A stretch of 64,000 nucleotides of DNA from NCBI RefSeq assembly GCF_963921235.1, contig NC_086108.1, forward strand, positions 27,158,001 to 27,222,000. The letters are read 5' to 3'. Made by a program: the position numbers and the translations under genes. How positions within the stretch are numbered: position 1 is the first letter of the stretch; every line of letters begins with the position of its first letter. Positions 62,915 to 64,000 of the stretch are shown in pieces. Source of the DNA: Mobula hypostoma. Taxonomy: Eukaryota. The notes beneath the pieces were generated by a model. It saw only the letters and a program-made list of their open reading frames with translations. It was not told the DNA's origin and ran no database searches.

Positions 62915-63318
62915 AATTGCCCACCACTGAGAATATCTACCATAAACGCTGCCTAGGCAGGGCGAAAAGCATTATCAGGGATGCATCTCACCCCAACCAT
63001 GGACTTTTTACTCTCCTCCCATCCAGTAGGCACTACAGGAGCCTCCACTCCCGCACCAGCAGGCACGGGAAGAACTTCTTCCCTGAGGCTGTAACACTGC
63101 TGAACCTCTCATCACAGCACTAAGCAGTATTGCATCTGTATTGTACTGTCTTAGTACTTTTATATTTGTGTGCTGTAGCACATTTTTATTCGCAGTTATT
63201 TTGTAAATAACACTATTCTTTGCATTTCTGGTCAGATGCTAAATGCATTTCATTGGCTTTGTATCTGTACTCTGCACAATGATAATAAAGTTGAATCTAA
63301 TCTAATCTAATCTAATCT
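62915..63318 (+). mobile_element. Rex1/Babar LINE 3' end with an (ATCTA)n tail
   Basis: Peptide IYHKRCLGRAKSIIRDASHPNHGLFTLLPS..NFFPEAVTLLN. Confidence 0.88.
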
Positions 63319-63914
63319 CCAGAATTCCACATGTGTTATTGTTGTCATTTTCCCTCAGCTTGCATATTCTAGTCACCTAGAAAGGTCCCAAAACAGTATG
63401 TCACCCAGCATCACCCTTTCAGAGGCACAGTATGTATTTTGTTCTGTCCATCTCTGCCACCTAAAACTAAAATTATCCTGTTTTGACTAATTAGCAGTTC
63501 CAGAAATGAAATATCAATTTCTTTTTCCATAGACACTGCCTGACTTTTGAGTATTTTCAGAACTTCCTGTCTTTATTTCAGATAGCCAGTAGCTACAGTA
63601 TTCTTTTCTCCCTCAGTTGGTCAAAGTAATTGGGTCACCTTAATGAGGTAGCAAGGATGGAAACCATATGGCTAGATGCAAACAAAGTTTTATACAAAAA
63701 ATGAGCTGAGATCTGGCAGTTTGTTCAAGGACTTTGGAGTGATAGGAAGGATTAGAGTCCAGGAAGTTTATATACAAGGGTATAAGGATTAAGAATATGT
63801 GTGCAGAGGAGACATCAATTTAAAAAGGGAAAGATAACAAATGAGAAGTGTTGGAGCCTCTTAGATAACATGGGCTCAAGAAAGGAAGTTGAGTGCTTGG
63901 GGATGCGCATAAGC

Positions 63915-64000
63915 GGACAAGAGATTGAGGAAGCATTAGCAATGATCTTTCAAGAATCACTAGGTTCTGGAATGGTTCCGGAGGACCTGAAAATTGCAAT
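63915..64000 (+). mobile_element. CR1 ORF2 segment running off the window
   Basis: Translates to QEIEEALAMIFQESLGSGMVPED. Confidence 0.7.

Overview
Vertebrate nuclear DNA, intergenic or intronic and dominated by transposable elements. The repeat set (CR1, Rex1/Babar, RTE and Penelope-like retroelements plus HE1-like V-SINEs) points to an elasmobranch, probably a ray; this is inferred from the repeats, not from a database match. I found no supportable host protein-coding gene, structural RNA gene or CRISPR array. Every long ORF I could interpret comes from a transposon. The clearest structures are: two LTR-bounded inserts with exact target-site duplications (TSDs); two copies of a PIF/Harbinger-type non-autonomous element in opposite orientations; a complete non-autonomous Helitron that keeps 23-aa STPR-like repeats; a hAT relic with a zinc finger; minimal type I hammerhead ribozyme motifs in Penelope pseudo-LTRs; a tRNA-headed SINE sharing its 3' tail with a local RTE LINE; an 85-bp local templated insertion inside a LINE; and several nested insertion stacks. 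Family calls come from recognising motifs by eye. Boundaries of old elements are approximate.
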